From the NCBI RefSeq assembly GCF_009834535.1, contig NC_045725.1:1550001-1614000 (forward strand): DNA of 64,000 bases, in the 5' to 3' direction. The stretch's first letter is position 1, and the number at the start of each line of letters is the position of its first letter. The position numbers were made by a program, and so were the translations under genes. Source of the stretch: Camelus ferus (taxonomy: Eukaryota). Of the stretch, positions 1 through 13,200 are shown piece after piece. The notes below the pieces were generated by a model, which did no database searches, was not told where the DNA came from, and saw only the letters and a program-made list of their open reading frames with translations.

Positions 1-464
1 AGACAGTGCTCCTCCCCGCCGGAGCCAGTGACCTCGTGGCTCCCTCAGTCCCCTCTGCCCGTCTCCCAGGAGCAGCTCTCCCATGAGAAGCAGGGTCCAG
101 ACAGTCAGCTCTTCCAGCCCAGGGGCCCCCACTGACTCCCCTGCCCCCAGCCCTCCCTGGGCCCCTCAGCTGTAACTTCCAGCCCCAGGCTAGTTTCGTA
201 ATCTTTTGTATTAAAAAAATACAAGTGCATGTATTTCAAAACATCGTGTCAGAGCATCCTGTCAAAACACCCTCAACAGCGCAAGGTCCTATCTGTGAGC
301 AGGGTCCTGTGCATCCCAGTGCGTCCCGTGCATCCCAGCAACTGACTCAGGCTTCCAGCAGCAAACACAGCCACTGCAGCCAGGCAGGCAGCGGTGAGAA
401 GCCGTTCCAGGATTTAACCCCTTTCTGCTTTTCTGGACATTTGCACATTTGCCTACCTTCTCCC

Positions 465-585
465 CTTCTCCCATCCCCAGCTCCTGCCTCTGTCAACCTC
501 CATTATGTTCTCAGTATCTGTGAGTTCAGTTTTGAGTTTTTTTTTTGACTCTGCACACACGTGAGTTCCTATAGTATTTGATTTC
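465..585 (-). mobile_element. Old L1 3'-end fragment
   Basis: ctccattatgttctcagtatctgtgagttcagttttgagttttttttttgactctgcacacacgtgag...tagtatttg resembles the reverse L1 3'UTR motif (tctatgagtttgac...ttagattccacatataagtgagatcat...gtatttg). Confidence 0.5.
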
Positions 586-3537
586 CGTTGGAGAGGAGAA
601 AGGACAGATTAGATTCCAGGAGCCCCATTAGATTTAAATTATTCAGCTTTACTTGCATTTGGAAAAGATGAAATGCTTTAATGTTTTGTCTTACATAACG
701 GCATGGGAAGTTTCCCTGACCTGCACCTCCTTGGGGAGCCCCTGCCTCTTCTCGGAGGTGGGTGAAGCTGGTGGGGCCGAGAGGGCAGTAGCAGGGGCGT
801 CCAGCAGGGTCAGGGCCAGGTCAGGGCCAAGACTCCTTAAGGCAGGCAGGCAGGCCTGGACAGACAGACGTCCCTGGGCACAAGGACCTTCCTGGACACA
901 CGGGCAGTTCTGGGCAGGTCGCGTGGGCCAGCCTTGAGTGAAGCTGCTTGACTCTGTGACAATTTGCTCCTGGGTTAATTACGTCTTTATTCCCACAAAG
1001 GTGTTCAGCTCACACCATAAATCGTATACCGACAGGCTACCTCCTGGCATCTTGTTTTGTTTACTTCAGGCCACTTCATAGCACCGACTTTGAGGTGAGG
1101 AATGTGCACATGTTGCTAGGTGTTCAGAGGAAGATTGATCGATTATTAGGAACTCCTGTAATGAGAACATTACGCAGGCATGGCGACTGGCCGTGTCCTG
1201 CTCGTTTGCTGGCTGCTAATTGCCATGGCACACAGGCTCTGTTCTGAGATGGAGTGCCTCCCACAATCTTAGCCACATTTGTTAAAATACAATTGCTTTA
1301 ACGAAATTCTTATGGACTAAGGCACAGTCCAGACAAAACATTGGCTTCATGGGGGCTGATTCCCTGGCCAATTACAGAAGTGACTTTGGAGCCTCTAGTT
1401 TTAAACTTGGTGGTTTTTCCTGGTAAATTCGTTGGAAGGAACATTCCAGGAACTGCACTGGGCTCACTCAGGTGGTTTGGGAGGTTTGAACCCTCCAGTT
1501 TTACCTTACGATCTGTCCAATGGTTAAAAAAATTCAGAAAACAATGCAAACCCCATCCTGTCTCTGGCCTCCCTGGTAGGCGGGGCCGCCTGTTCGGTGG
1601 GAAGGGTGGGAGGCCCCCAGGCCCTCTGGTGCCTGGTCTGGGCCAAGGATCTGAGGCACTGATTCCGGTGCAGTGTGAAGGCCTGGGGCAGAAGCACTGT
1701 TTCCTCAGGCCGAAGCTGGAGGCAAAGAAGGGGCATTGACAGCTGTTCTGGGCATGACCGCCCCCCACCAGGAGGCGTGTTGGGGTCTGGGTGACAGTCT
1801 GGCTGGGACTGGGGTCAGGTGGGCATCCAGAGCACAGCTGCCCAGAAGGACGTGTGGGCAACACCGAGGGGTCCTGTCTGAACCAGCTTCCCGTCAGCAA
1901 GCCTGCGGTCTGGCCTGGGGTCTGCATTCTCATCAGCCCCCAGGTAGACAGCGTGGGGCCGTTTGCATACGAGGCTCCCGTGAGATCTGTCCGGAAGTCA
2001 TGTCCCTGTTTTCCTAAGTTCTGCTGGGCCCATGAGTCCCGGGTTAGCCCCCAGCCCCCTGCGCTGACTGCTCCCCAGGCAGCCACCACTTCACCCACCC
2101 ACCCTCCTTTTATGGGAGGAAACTGAGGCCCAGGGAAAGGTCCCGGCTAATTAGCGACTGAGCGCATCTGCGATGTTCCATTACGACACCGCCTCCCACA
2201 CGCAGCAGTAATTGGATGGGCAGGCCAGGGGCCCTACCGACACTGCTCAGATGTTCCTCCCACCTCATGCCCCCCCCCCCGCCAGGTGTGGGCTCCCCGG
2301 TGCGTTTATGTGCCCTCTTTACAAATAAGAAGTCTGCGCCCTGGGGCTGGTCTCCACCCAGCCGCTCTGATCTCTCTTGAGGGGCCCCAGCCCCTTGGCT
2401 CTCTGCCGTTTCAGAGGTGACAGGGTGGGGGCACCCACGCTTCTCCTGGCAGAGGAGCCCCTAGGGAGGTGATGCGGGGAGGTGGCCCCAGGGCTCAGGG
2501 CTCCCTGGGAGGGCGCCTGGGACTGCGAGGCCCGCTGACACCACCAGCTCCAGGGGACCCTCCGGACAGGGCCTTGCTCTCAGCTGGAGCAAATCCCAGC
2601 CCTTCTGGCTGAGGTGCTGGGCTAGGTGGGGGGGTGGAGGGAGCGGGCTCGCATAAGTGAGGCAGGCCCCACCCAGAGGTTGCTTTGTTCCAGGACCCTA
2701 TGGGGCAGCTGCAGGGGAGGGGCAGTTGCCAGGAACTGGGCTGCTGGGCCAGCGGGCCAGACCCCTCGGCAGCCAGCAGGGCCCACGGGGTAGCCTTTTT
2801 GTGGCCTAGGGGCTGGCCCCTCATGCGGCCGCTGGAGGCTGTCGGCTTTCCTGGGCCGACCTCGCTGCACGAGGAGGCACAGGGGTTCAGGAGGGCCCTG
2901 CACGGCGGGGGCTTAGCTGCTCTGCCTTTTCTGGCTGCACAGTAACCCCCACCCCCAAAACTGGTTTCTCATGAAATGGTTTGAAATGAGAACCTGCGTT
3001 TTCACCAGATGCCCAGCTGTGTCTCGGGGCCTGGGGCCTGCAGCTCTGCCCGAGGACGGGCACAGGTGGGCCATGATGACAAACCTCTGGAGCTGCGGCT
3101 CCCCCACCCCTGGACGTGGGGCCGGGGAAGCAGCTGGAGGAGGGGCTGGGCTCCCGTCCCTCGCGCCAGAGAGGGCGATGGCTGGACGGGGACCCGCCTC
3201 AGAGCCTAGCTGCCCGGAGCAGCCCTCTGCCCCTCCAGCACGACATCCACTCAGGACAGCGTCGTGGAGACAGGAGTGCTGCCCCAGTGCCCCCTTACTC
3301 GGGCTGTGTCAGACAGCCTCCTTTTGTCCTTAACATCAGCAAACAGAGGTTTCAAAGCCCGGTTAGTCCAGGGCCTTTGAAAAGCGAGTGTGAAGGGAGG
3401 ACTGAACCATAGGTTTACCAAGATGGCGGCGCAGGCATCACACTGTGGGCGCCTCTAAGGAAGGGCTCGGGTGAGGTCCCTGCCCCTCAGAGACAGGAGG
3501 GTTCCACAGCCTCTGGGTCCCAGTTGTGACCTCTTGC

Positions 3538-3668
3538 AGAGGGGTCCAGTGGGTCCAGGGGGTGCAGTGGGGGTGCAGTGTTGGGGGCAGTGGGTTCAGG
3601 GGGTATAGTGGGTTCAGGGGGTGCAGGGGTTCAGGGGGTGCAGTGGGTTCAGGGGGTGCAGGGGTACA
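3538..3668. repeat. G-rich minisatellite, ~18-bp unit GGGGGTGCAGTGGGTTCA, about 7 degenerate copies
   Basis: Tandem units are directly visible. They explain the repetitive peptides in the overlapping ORFs (3438-3856). Confidence 0.85.
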
Positions 3669-4899
3669 GGGCTGCAACTGGGCTTCCCCAGGGTCCTTCT
3701 CTGTCCCTCCGCTGCTGTCCTTGTTCATCGTCTGCCTTGTTCCAAACAGGGTTGGAAAAGAATTTCACTTCCCACTTGAGCAGGAGGCCGAGCCCCTTCC
3801 TGCTCCTCCCTAAGCCAGGCTACAACCCTGGAAACAGCAGGGGGCCGTCCATGTGAGCACCGGCCACACCCAGACGGCCAGGGACAGCGATGCAGGTGGA
3901 CACTCAGACTGTGCAGGGACCAGAGGAACCCTGAGTGGCCACGTGGACAGCAGGCCGCAGGAGGACATCGGGGTGAGGGAGCGAGGCTGCTGTGACGTCA
4001 CAGTGCGCACTGTGCAGGGCGTTCCATCTCCCGGGCTGCAGTCACCAACCCCATGGACTGAGCGGCGCAAGGAGTTTATCCCGCCCTGGTCCTGGAGGTC
4101 AGGGGTCGGAGGTGGAGGGTGGGCAGGGTCGGCACCTCCTGGAGACTCTGGGGGGGCCGTCCCGGGCCGCTCCTCCGTCTCACACGCATCGGGGGTGTCG
4201 GTGACCACCCGACAGCCCAGGGTGATCTCATCCCGAGATCCTGGCCTAAGTCACGTCTGCAAAGATCCACGTTCCACACAAGGTCAGGTGCCGAGCTTCC
4301 TGGAGGCGTATCTCTCGGGGGCCACCATTCGACCCACCACACTGGCCAGCTGCTTGCTGGGCTTCTCGGCAGCAAACGCAAACCAGGAGGAGCCGCAACA
4401 TCCTAAGAGTGTCTGTAAAGTAAAAACAACCCAATATTCAGAATTAGCTCAGCTGTTCCTAGGCTCCAACCTTGAGAGCCGTTTCTTCCCTGGTGTCTCT
4501 CCAGTGATCATTCGATGAGGAAGGCCAGAACAGTCCTTCCATCCAGCTCCGTGTCACAGGCAGGACCGTCCAGCACCAGGCCAGCTGCTCCCCAGATGCG
4601 GGAGCCCTGTGAACCGGGAAGGGCAGCGCTGGCACCAGGAGGGGATGGCAGGGCTGGGGAGGGGTGCATGGGTCGGGGAGCCCCAGGGGCAGGAGGAGGG
4701 TGAGCCCTGCCTGGCTCCCACTTCACTCACTGTCTGTGCGGCTGGTAAGAGGAGGCTCACCGGGGGTCACTGAGCGCTGGCCCATCTCCGCCCCAGGTGC
4801 GCAGCCACAGAGATGGTGCCTCGGCAGGCGGGGCAGGGGTTGCGGGGAGCCTAGGGGGCCCCTGCAGACAGGGCGGTCTTGCTGACCCCTCCTCCTCAG

Positions 4900-5350
4900 G
4901 GCCTGTCTTCCAGGTGAACTGTTTTCTCTTCCGTCTTGCTGTCCCCTCTGTTCACACCAGACTAGCTCTGCTCGCCTGTCCATGTTTCCAGCAGTCTCGT
5001 TCCCTCGTCTCAGCTTCTCTGGGCTGCCACCCTCGGGCGGTTTTATTCTTCTTCTCCAGGTCTTTCCTAGATTCTGCCACTTATTTTTCCCTCTCCTTCA
5101 ACGATTCCATCAGCTCTTCCGCGAGCTGCGGCGTCTCTGCTTGACCTCTCGTTTAGGAGAGGCAACAGTTCCCTTTGTTCCTTTGCACTCGTGACATTGC
5201 GTCCCTCCGGCTCCGTCTGAGAGCTCCCTGATGGCATGTGCTCTTTGCTGTCTGTGGTTCCCCCTTCCCTGCTTTTTGCAGTGTCTTTGCACAGACCCTC
5301 TTGGTTATTAATCCTCGTCACCCGTGGTGAGCTCTCCAGAGGCCTTCCAT
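4900..5350 (-). mobile_element. Very old L1 ORF1 remnant (frameshifted, with stops)
   Basis: Minus-strand coiled-coil-like fragments KEQRELL.., AETPQLAEELMESLKEREK*VAESRKDLEKKNK resemble ancient L1M ORF1. Recognised by eye only. Confidence 0.4.
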
Positions 5351-8300
5351 ACGCTAGAGATCCGTGCGGCAAATGGTCAAGCAAGTGTTCCAGGACTGGT
5401 GGATGCTCCCTGGCCCTCAGCAGCGCCCTCGCACACAAGTGTGTGCACAGGGTGGGTCCACTCACTTGGGTTCACCTGGATTTCTCCCTCCTGGGAGGCT
5501 CAGCCCTGCAGGGAAACACAGTGCGGGCCCCTCCTGGCTCACCTCACCAAAGGCCACTGCGGGGGTTTCCTTGTCCAGCCCATGTCCCTGTCCCCTGGCA
5601 CCAAATAAGGTCGGGGATGGCTCTATTGATGGCCCACGACCCTGCCGCATTTTCTGTCCCAGGATCCCAGGCTCTGGCATCACCTGCTTTGCAGAGTCCG
5701 GCGTCCTGGTCTGTTTGCTGAGACCTCCTGCAGCGCAGTCCACCCCTGGCCATCTGCAGTCCTGCGTAATCTCCTCTGAATGGGTGGTGCAGCCCATGTG
5801 GAAGGCCTGAGGCTCCCAGCACCTCCAGGCTGCTCAGAGATAATGTTTGTATTTATCTTCATCCTCCTTTTTCCTAAGTGATTTCAGTGAGGACAGAAAA
5901 CTGAGGCATTTTATTTACTGTTTGAGCTGAAAGTCAGTACATGCATTTTCTCAACAATGACCAATTCATATCTCATCCACTCTATGACATGGATTCAGTG
6001 GTTGTCAACAGAATTTGCATGGTCTTTAAATGCTCGAGAATCTGTTTGGGCAAAACAGTGGACGCTGGGGGACTCTGACATGACCAGTGCACCCCCAGCC
6101 CCAGGGCCAGAGGTCAGAAAGCCCCGGCTCTGAGGGCAAAACGAACCCATCACACAGGCCCTGCAGTCCGGAGAGGGGCGCCCCAGCCCAGCTGATCTCT
6201 GGGCAGCAGCTGGTAAGCGTCGTGGTGTGTGGGGCAGGGGGCAGCCGGCCCCCAGACCTCCCTGTGGCGCCCAGGACGGCGGAGAGAGAGGGTGGGTGGC
6301 CGCAGTAAAAGCAGTAACGGTGAAAGTGTGAGAAACGAGGTCAGAGAGCTGTTCTCACTCACCGCCTGGCCTGATCCCCAGAGCCGTGTCTCTGACCCTC
6401 GGCACCGCGACCCTCAGGCCAGGTAAGTCTGCAATGTCTGTCCTGTGCCTGGAGGGGGCTGGGCAGCACCCTGACCCCCACCCCAGCTGCTGTGCCCGTC
6501 TGCCGACGGTGCCCCGTGTCCCGTGGGGTCGAGAGCCACCGGGAGGGCTGTCTTCAACCCTGCAGTAACCTCAGCCTGGAGATGCAGAGGCTGGGGGGCC
6601 GCACACTCTCCTGTTTTCTTCCCCAAATTCTCTCCACCCTCCCGTCCCCTCAGCTCAGGACAGGGCTGGGCAGTCAGAGGCCAGGTCACGTGGGTGATTT
6701 CCCCTCCTCAGCCCTCAGGTCAGCTTCAACCCAGCAGGGATGACTAGAAGACAGACCATAAACAGCCTCCCCATCAGGCCCAGAGGGAAAAGAAGCCGCT
6801 TCTGCTTCTTGGCGTGTCTGCCTGTGAGCCCTGGACGCGCTTCTGGAGGGCCTGGCCTCCTCCCAAGAGGCGTCCTTCCCAGGAGCCGGGCGTTGCCGCG
6901 AGAGGCCCCGGAGAGGTGGGGGCCTCGGAGGGTTTCCCGGCCCAGCTTCTAAGCTGAGGCGTGGGGGGCCCTGTGGCTGAGTGCAGCACGTGGGCGTGTT
7001 GACCTGCAAACAGAGCACCCCCTCAAGAGACAATGCTTTTGACAATGTTGCTAAAAGACCGTGTTCGCAAAGGTTGCTACAGGACACCCGCATGAAGCAT
7101 CCAAAATAGAACGTCTAGACACACTCCTACTGTCTGACCTTTTCCGCGTTTCCTCATCCCCTCCGTCCTGCCAAGCGAATGGGTGACTAAGCCGCGATTC
7201 AGTCGACACCCGTCACCGGCTGACGAGGCCCAGGTCCCCGCTGTAAATTTCAGCCTGGCTGCCCTGGACGGGGCCCCTCCACCCGCGGAGCTCCCGTGTG
7301 GTTTCTGAGCTGCTGTGTGTGTCTGGATCGTCATGAACTAATTTCAAGTTGGCTTCATCCAAAAGCCACAGGGCGGCTGACAAACAGAACTCACTTCCAG
7401 CCGGCGGGACCCCAGAGTTCACGTAAAACGCGGTGGGGAGGGCGGGCGGCTCTGGAAGACCGAGTGAGAGCTGGTGATCACCCGCCTGACCCGGGAGGGT
7501 CTGGGGGCGCTGGCTCTGCAGGGAGTGAAGTGTCGAGGGCGCTATGCAGGGCCAGCCCAGAGCATTCCTTCCCTTCCTGTCCCCGCTGGCAGCTGCGCCG
7601 AGCCTCTGAAAGCAGCCACATGCGGTGGCTCCGACACAAGGAGAGAAACACCCTTTGTCCTGAACACACTGACCTGCAAACGCTTGACTTTGTAGAACTG
7701 GGGATGGATTGGTTTCTCCCTGAACCCGAAGCTTTGGGTGTCAGGTACTTTCAGGCACGTGCTGGGGGCTGCGTGGCTACCTCCCGGCAGGCGCGGGAGG
7801 TGGGGTTCCCTGGGGGTGGGATTCCTGCCGGCCTGAGAGTGGGATGCAGACGTGGAAGACGAGGTTCAGGAAAGCAGCCGTGAGACTCCCCATAGAAACA
7901 CAGTCGGCCAGAGCCCCGGACCTTGGGCCATGCATGTGGCCGAGGCCCCACAGATGTTGGAGACACTCTGATTGGGGGTTGTTTCCACGGGATGTGCCTC
8001 TGGCTTTAAAAGTGGAAACTGAAGAAAGATTGGAGTTTATTTTGCTGGAAAAGATGCTGCTTCTCCAGAACAATGTTGGCACATGAAGCACGGGGCAGCT
8101 GGTCCTCACGGTTGCATTGATGGGCCAGGCATAGTAGACAGTCCGCAGAGGAAAGACAAACCTTGCACCAGATGGCATCACCTGTACCAAAGGTGAGGGA
8201 AGTAGTCCCACCTTCCTGCCCTGGGCCTGCAGCTCCAGGGCGAATGTGATCTTAGCAGTAGGTGTTTTGTGGGCGAAGTGTGTTCTGACAGCACAGTGAG

Positions 8301-8689
8301 ATGATTTTCTATGGACACAGGAAAGGGAAATTCGGTGGAGCCTCTGACCAACACAAGCTTCGCAGGCAGTGTTGGGAGGCCCACCTGATTCAGGAGAGGA
8401 CTCAGCATCACAATCGGGTCCGGTGTTATCATCACAGGAGCAGTGCAGGCCCTCGGAGCCGGGCCAAGGCGTGTGGTCAGACCTTGCCATCAGAACAGGC
8501 CACTGCAACCCTGTCAACACACTTGCCTTAATCCCAGTGGCTTCTCAACACACTGTTCATGGCCTGCCCACAGGCTGCCTGCCCCCTGGGCACTGCAGGG
8601 CACGCACCCCAGCTCAGGTCCCTCTGGAGATGGACTTAACTGTCACCCCATGGTCACACCTCGAGTTCCGTGACAACAGTTCCAGCATA

Positions 8690-10230
8690 GCTTTAAAAAT
8701 GACTTGTGCAACTTCTCGATTCTAAAATGCATCCTAAAGATACAGTCATCAAAACAGGGCGGTCCCGGCACGAGGACAGATACATGGACCACAGGAACAG
8801 AATCGAAAGCCCAGAAATAAAGCCTTACCTGTGCAGTCAAATGATTTTCAACAAAGATGCTGAGACCATTCTGTGGGGAAGGGCGGTCTTGTTAATAAGG
8901 GTGCAAGGGGTTCACAGAAGCACTATTTACAACAGCCAAGACATGGAAGCAACCTGAGTGGAAGCAGAGGACTGGGTAAAGAAGCTGTGGTACATCTATA
9001 TGATGGAATACTACTCAGCCATGAAAAAGAATAAAATAATACCATTTGCAGCAACATGGATGTCCCTGGAGAATGTCATTCTAAGTGAAGTAAGCTAAAA
9101 AGCGAAAGAAAAATACCATATAATATCAGTCATATGTGGAATCTAAAAAAGAAAACAAAAGAAAATAGAAGACACTAATGAACTCATCTACAAAACTGAC
9201 TCACATAGTAAACAATCATATGGTTACTGGGGGAAAGGAATAAATTTTGGAGTTTGAGATTTGCAAATATTAATGACTATACGTAAAAATAGATAGAAAA
9301 TAAATTTCTTCTGTATAGCACAGAGAGCTACATTCAATATCTTGTAATAATAACCGTTAATGAAAAAGAATATGAAAACAAATATATGTATGCATATGCA
9401 TGAGTGGGACATTATGCTCCGCACCAGAAACTGACACATTGTAACTGATTATAGTTCAGTTTAAAACAACAACAACAAGAAGATACAAGTGCTGGGAAAC
9501 CTGGACATCCCCGTGCACCTCGCACCATATAAAAAAATTACCACAAAATGCATTAAAGACCTAAATGTAAGAACACACAGGACAAGAGCATCATGCCATT
9601 GGGTTTGTCAGTGATTTCCTGAATATGACACCAAAGGTACAGGGCACAAAAGAGAAAATACGCAAATTTAACTTCATGAAAAATTAAAAATGTTGGTGCA
9701 TCAGAAGACAACATCAACAAAATGAAAAGACAATCCACGGAAGGGGAGAAAACATTTGCAAACCACGTATCTGGTAAAGGATTAGCATCCAGAATATATA
9801 GAGAACTCCCACAACCCACCAACGAAACACAAGCAACTGGATTTAAAGATGGGCGAAGGGCTTGAGCAGACATGCCCCAAACAAGACACACAGATGGCCA
9901 GTAAGCACATGAAAGGTGCTCCATATCACGCGTCAGGGAAATTCAAACCAAAACCACAGTGAGATACCACCTCGCACCCGTGACGATGGCTACTACCCAA
10001 ACATCCGGAAACAAGGGCCGGCCGGGGTGTGGAGCAGCTGGAACCCTTGCGGGCTGTTGGTGGGAATGGAAAATGGTGCAGCCATTGTGGGAAACATATG
10101 GAGGTTCCTAAAACAAAATTAAGTATGGAACCACCACATGAGCCAGCAATTCCACTCCTGGGTATATGCTCAAAAGAACCGAAGCCAGGTCTCAGACGGG
10201 CACGGTACACCCATGTGCACACGATGGGTC
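8690..10230 (+). mobile_element. Old L1 ORF2 3' portion (8690-8900 and 9481-10230), interrupted by a younger L1
   Basis: Translates to DTVIKTGRSRHEDRYMDHRNRIESPEIKPYLCSQMIFNKDAETILWG (L1 ORF2 TVIKTVWYW..DQWNRIESPEI..LIFDKGAK). It resumes after 9480 with gtgctgggaaacctggacatcc...agcaattccactcctgggtatatg. Confidence 0.9.
8905..9478 (+). mobile_element. Younger 5'-truncated L1 3' end with A-rich tail
   Basis: Low-divergence L1 text (atggaatactactcagccatgaaaaagaat...gcagcaacatggatg...ctgtatagcacag...ttcaatatcttgtaataa) ending in aaaacaacaacaacaag. Confidence 0.9.
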
Positions 10231-13200
10231 GAGCAGAAAAAGGACAGCTCCAGAGGCAGCCCTCATCCACGGTTCCTTTGGAGGGAAAGTTTCTATTCTG
10301 CTCTTTTCCTCAGTCGCTCTGGGCCCCTTGAGTGGTGATAGAAGATCGGCCATAAATAGCAGCAGATTAGATGCTTTGCCGAGGAGGCGGGGCCCGGGGC
10401 GGGGGGCTCCAGGGCACAGAACCATCAGATGGACCATTTATTCAGTTACTGCTTAGTACTCTTAATTACGTTTCTTTTAATAAAGAACATTTGCTGAGGA
10501 AAGGGATGGAGGCTAAAAACAATTCTGGCACCAGATTGAATCAGAGTGAAAACAGGTCAGTGCTCTCTCCACTCCTGGGACTTGACCCACAGGAGGGCGG
10601 GAAGGAGGGTCCGGGGACCAACGTCGTGGCTCAGAGGCCAGCAGGGGTGTGCGTGTGTGCAGGTGTCCCTTTAGAGAGAAAGCTCATGGACTCGATCTCA
10701 GGCCTCCCAGGAGGTGCGTCCAGATTCTGGGACAGCCCATGTCTTCCGGATGCTGTTTCTGAGGAAGGGCTTGGATTTGAAGGGTGCGTTCTAAAAGCGA
10801 ACAGGGAGTTCCCCAACTAAAGCTACCTGGTTCCAAACCTCACTTTCTGCCCCGAGCTTGGGCTGCACCCGCAGCAGCCTGGGTACCCCCTGAGGCAGGA
10901 GGCGTGGAGAGAGAAGGGGCACAGGCCCTCAGCCTGCAGGCCCTGCCTGACCCGGGCCTGACTGCTTCAGCAGAGCCCCTCCAGGGACTCAGACCAGCCC
11001 TTTAGCTCCCGAGGTTGGGACAGAACAGCCCTGGCCTTATTCGCACTAACGTATGAATGACTGATGGCCTTTTAACAGTCCACGAGCACTTTCACAATAG
11101 AACTCTATTTACGTGCATCTCTGATTGGCTGCGTCCCTAGGGGTTTCAGCGGAACCTTCAGGGAGCAGACACTGGGAGGAGGCAGAGCCACCTCCACCAG
11201 CCCTTGAGATACCCCAGCCACCCCCACTTGCTCCCACGTCCTGCACCCAGAGCAAATGGCACCCTTGAAGCCAAGTTGGCGGGAACCCTCCCTGAACCAG
11301 GGAGACGGAGCCTCGGGCCTGGGCCTCCCTCCCAGGAACCCCCACCTGACAGCACATCCCGCAGGTGTGGGGTCTGTCCTGTCCCCTCTGCTGCCAACTC
11401 CTCCCCTTTGTGTCCCCAGGCCTGAGTGGACCCCAGCCCCTCTTTCTGCCAGTTTCTAGTTTTTTCCCTGGTCTCCCTGTCCCAGCCCAGCCTGCTGCAA
11501 ACAGAGAGGGTCTGTCTTCTTTGTTCAGCAAATGTGCACCGAGCCCTACTCTACACCGCAGCATCCTTGGTGCAGAGTGACCGCAGCCCCAGCACCCAGC
11601 CTGGCCCCTCCCCAAACGAGACTGGTGGCCCGTGGCCAAGTCTTAGGAACAAAGTCACGTTAACAATTTTAGGCAGAGAGAGACTGAAAACAGAATCACC
11701 AGTCTCGAGGAATGACTCTGGGCCGAGTTCCCGGACACAGTAGGACCCGTACCCAGCACTGTGCCTGCACAGGTGAGCCGACCCCACACCAGACTTGGAA
11801 AGACTGCCCTGCAGTCCTGCCCTCAAACCCTCTCGAAGTCTCCTCCAGAGACCCGACTCCAACCCAGCCCAAGGGGCCGTTTCCAGCCTCACACTCGTCC
11901 CTCTCCACACACCCTGATCTTCAGCCATGGAGAGTCGTGTTACTTCTAGAAAAAGTCCAGACGCTTTAATCACTTGGTGCTTTTACATGTCACGTTGGGG
12001 AATGCTTCTCCTCGGAAAACTCCTCCACATCCTTCAAAGCCCCGCCCTCCATGACTGAGTCTCACCGCCCCTGGGGTGAGCCCTCAGGCCAGCACTGCGT
12101 GGGCAGAAGGGGCGGCGTGGTCATGTGTGTGGACCAATGTGCTCAACACTGCCCCCCCTGCCGCCCTGCATCCTGCAGATGCTGGAATTGTGCAGACTTG
12201 GGATGTGGAACAGGGAGGGGCAGGCAGGGGCTTGTACCAGGCTGGGTGCGTGGGGCTCCCTGCAGGCTGCCCTGGGAGCTCTCGATTGTCACTTTCCCTG
12301 GACATTCTGGGCCCTGCCGAGCCCTGCCCGCCCCTCTCCTGCCCTCAGTCTGGCTGCCTCTCAGCTCTCAGGAGGACCCGCCCTTGGCAATCATTTTGGG
12401 TGGGCAGGACGCCCAGCAGTCCGTCTGTGGGAGTCTCCTCCTGCCCAGCGTTGGGGGCTGGGCCCCTCCAGGACATAACCCCCCTCCCCGGCCACACTGG
12501 CCTCCTGGGCAGCTGGAGTCCAGACCTGGTGATGCTCATCACCCACCAGGATGCAGAGATGGGGACACGGCTGCCAAGAGCGCCCGCCAGCTGGAGGTGT
12601 CGCTGCGCCCGCGTCCGCCCAGCTGGCCTGCAGCGCAGCGCATACCTGGGGCTTACAGCGCGCTCCTTCCTTCCCTCCGGCAGCGGCCGGGCCGGGGCGG
12701 CTTTGTTTGGGCTGCTGTCTCGCTGGGCTGTGTGAGCACAGCTGTAGGGTGAGGCCCAACTGCAAGTCTGGGTTTTTCGCCCTCTTCTCGTTTCAGTTTA
12801 TGTGACTGAATGGTTTGCAGCTGCTTCAGAGGGTACCCCCACGACCCCACCCGCCAGTCACAGTGGGCAGAGGAGCTGGCCAGCACAGCTGGAGCAAATT
12901 AAACCCACCTATCAGGGGCTTGGCTTCCGTGAGCCACTGCGTACCCGCCGTGTACAGACTCACCGGGCTCGGCAAAAACAGTCCTTTCACAGCAAAGCGG
13001 GAAGAAAACCACAGCTGCATGTAAAAAGGCCTCGGTTTAGGCCTGGGATCCATCAGGCCCAACCCACGAACAAGGAGCGCTGTGTGCCCACAGCAGGGCC
13101 CGCGCGGGGGCCCCGGGCCCTCGCCAGATGTGCACCCGCGCATTTCTCCCCGGCTGCGAGGGGCACGCCCGGCTTCTCACATTCGTGTGCATTTTCACTC

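Noticed and set aside
1510-1512. 3-nt microexon-like pattern ag|ATC|gtaagg on the minus strand
   Set aside because: Intergenic, with no host gene evident; compatible with chance.
3538-3668. CRISPR-like or coding repeat
   Set aside because: Contiguous degenerate tandem units with no unique spacers, in mammalian DNA: an ordinary minisatellite.
4246-4414. Strong minus-strand acceptor (ttgtttttactttacag, 4413) with a ~55-codon open frame
   Set aside because: It lies 34 kb beyond the NFATC1 poly(A) site, the peptide is unrecognisable and there is no convincing partner exon. It could be a lncRNA or read-through exon, but this is unsupported.
5561-10813. Isolated NF-kB consensus matches (GGGGGTTTCC at 5561-5570, GGGAGTTCCC at 10804-10813)
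   Set aside because: A degenerate 10-mer in GC-rich DNA; a couple of hits are expected by chance and they are not clustered with other motifs.
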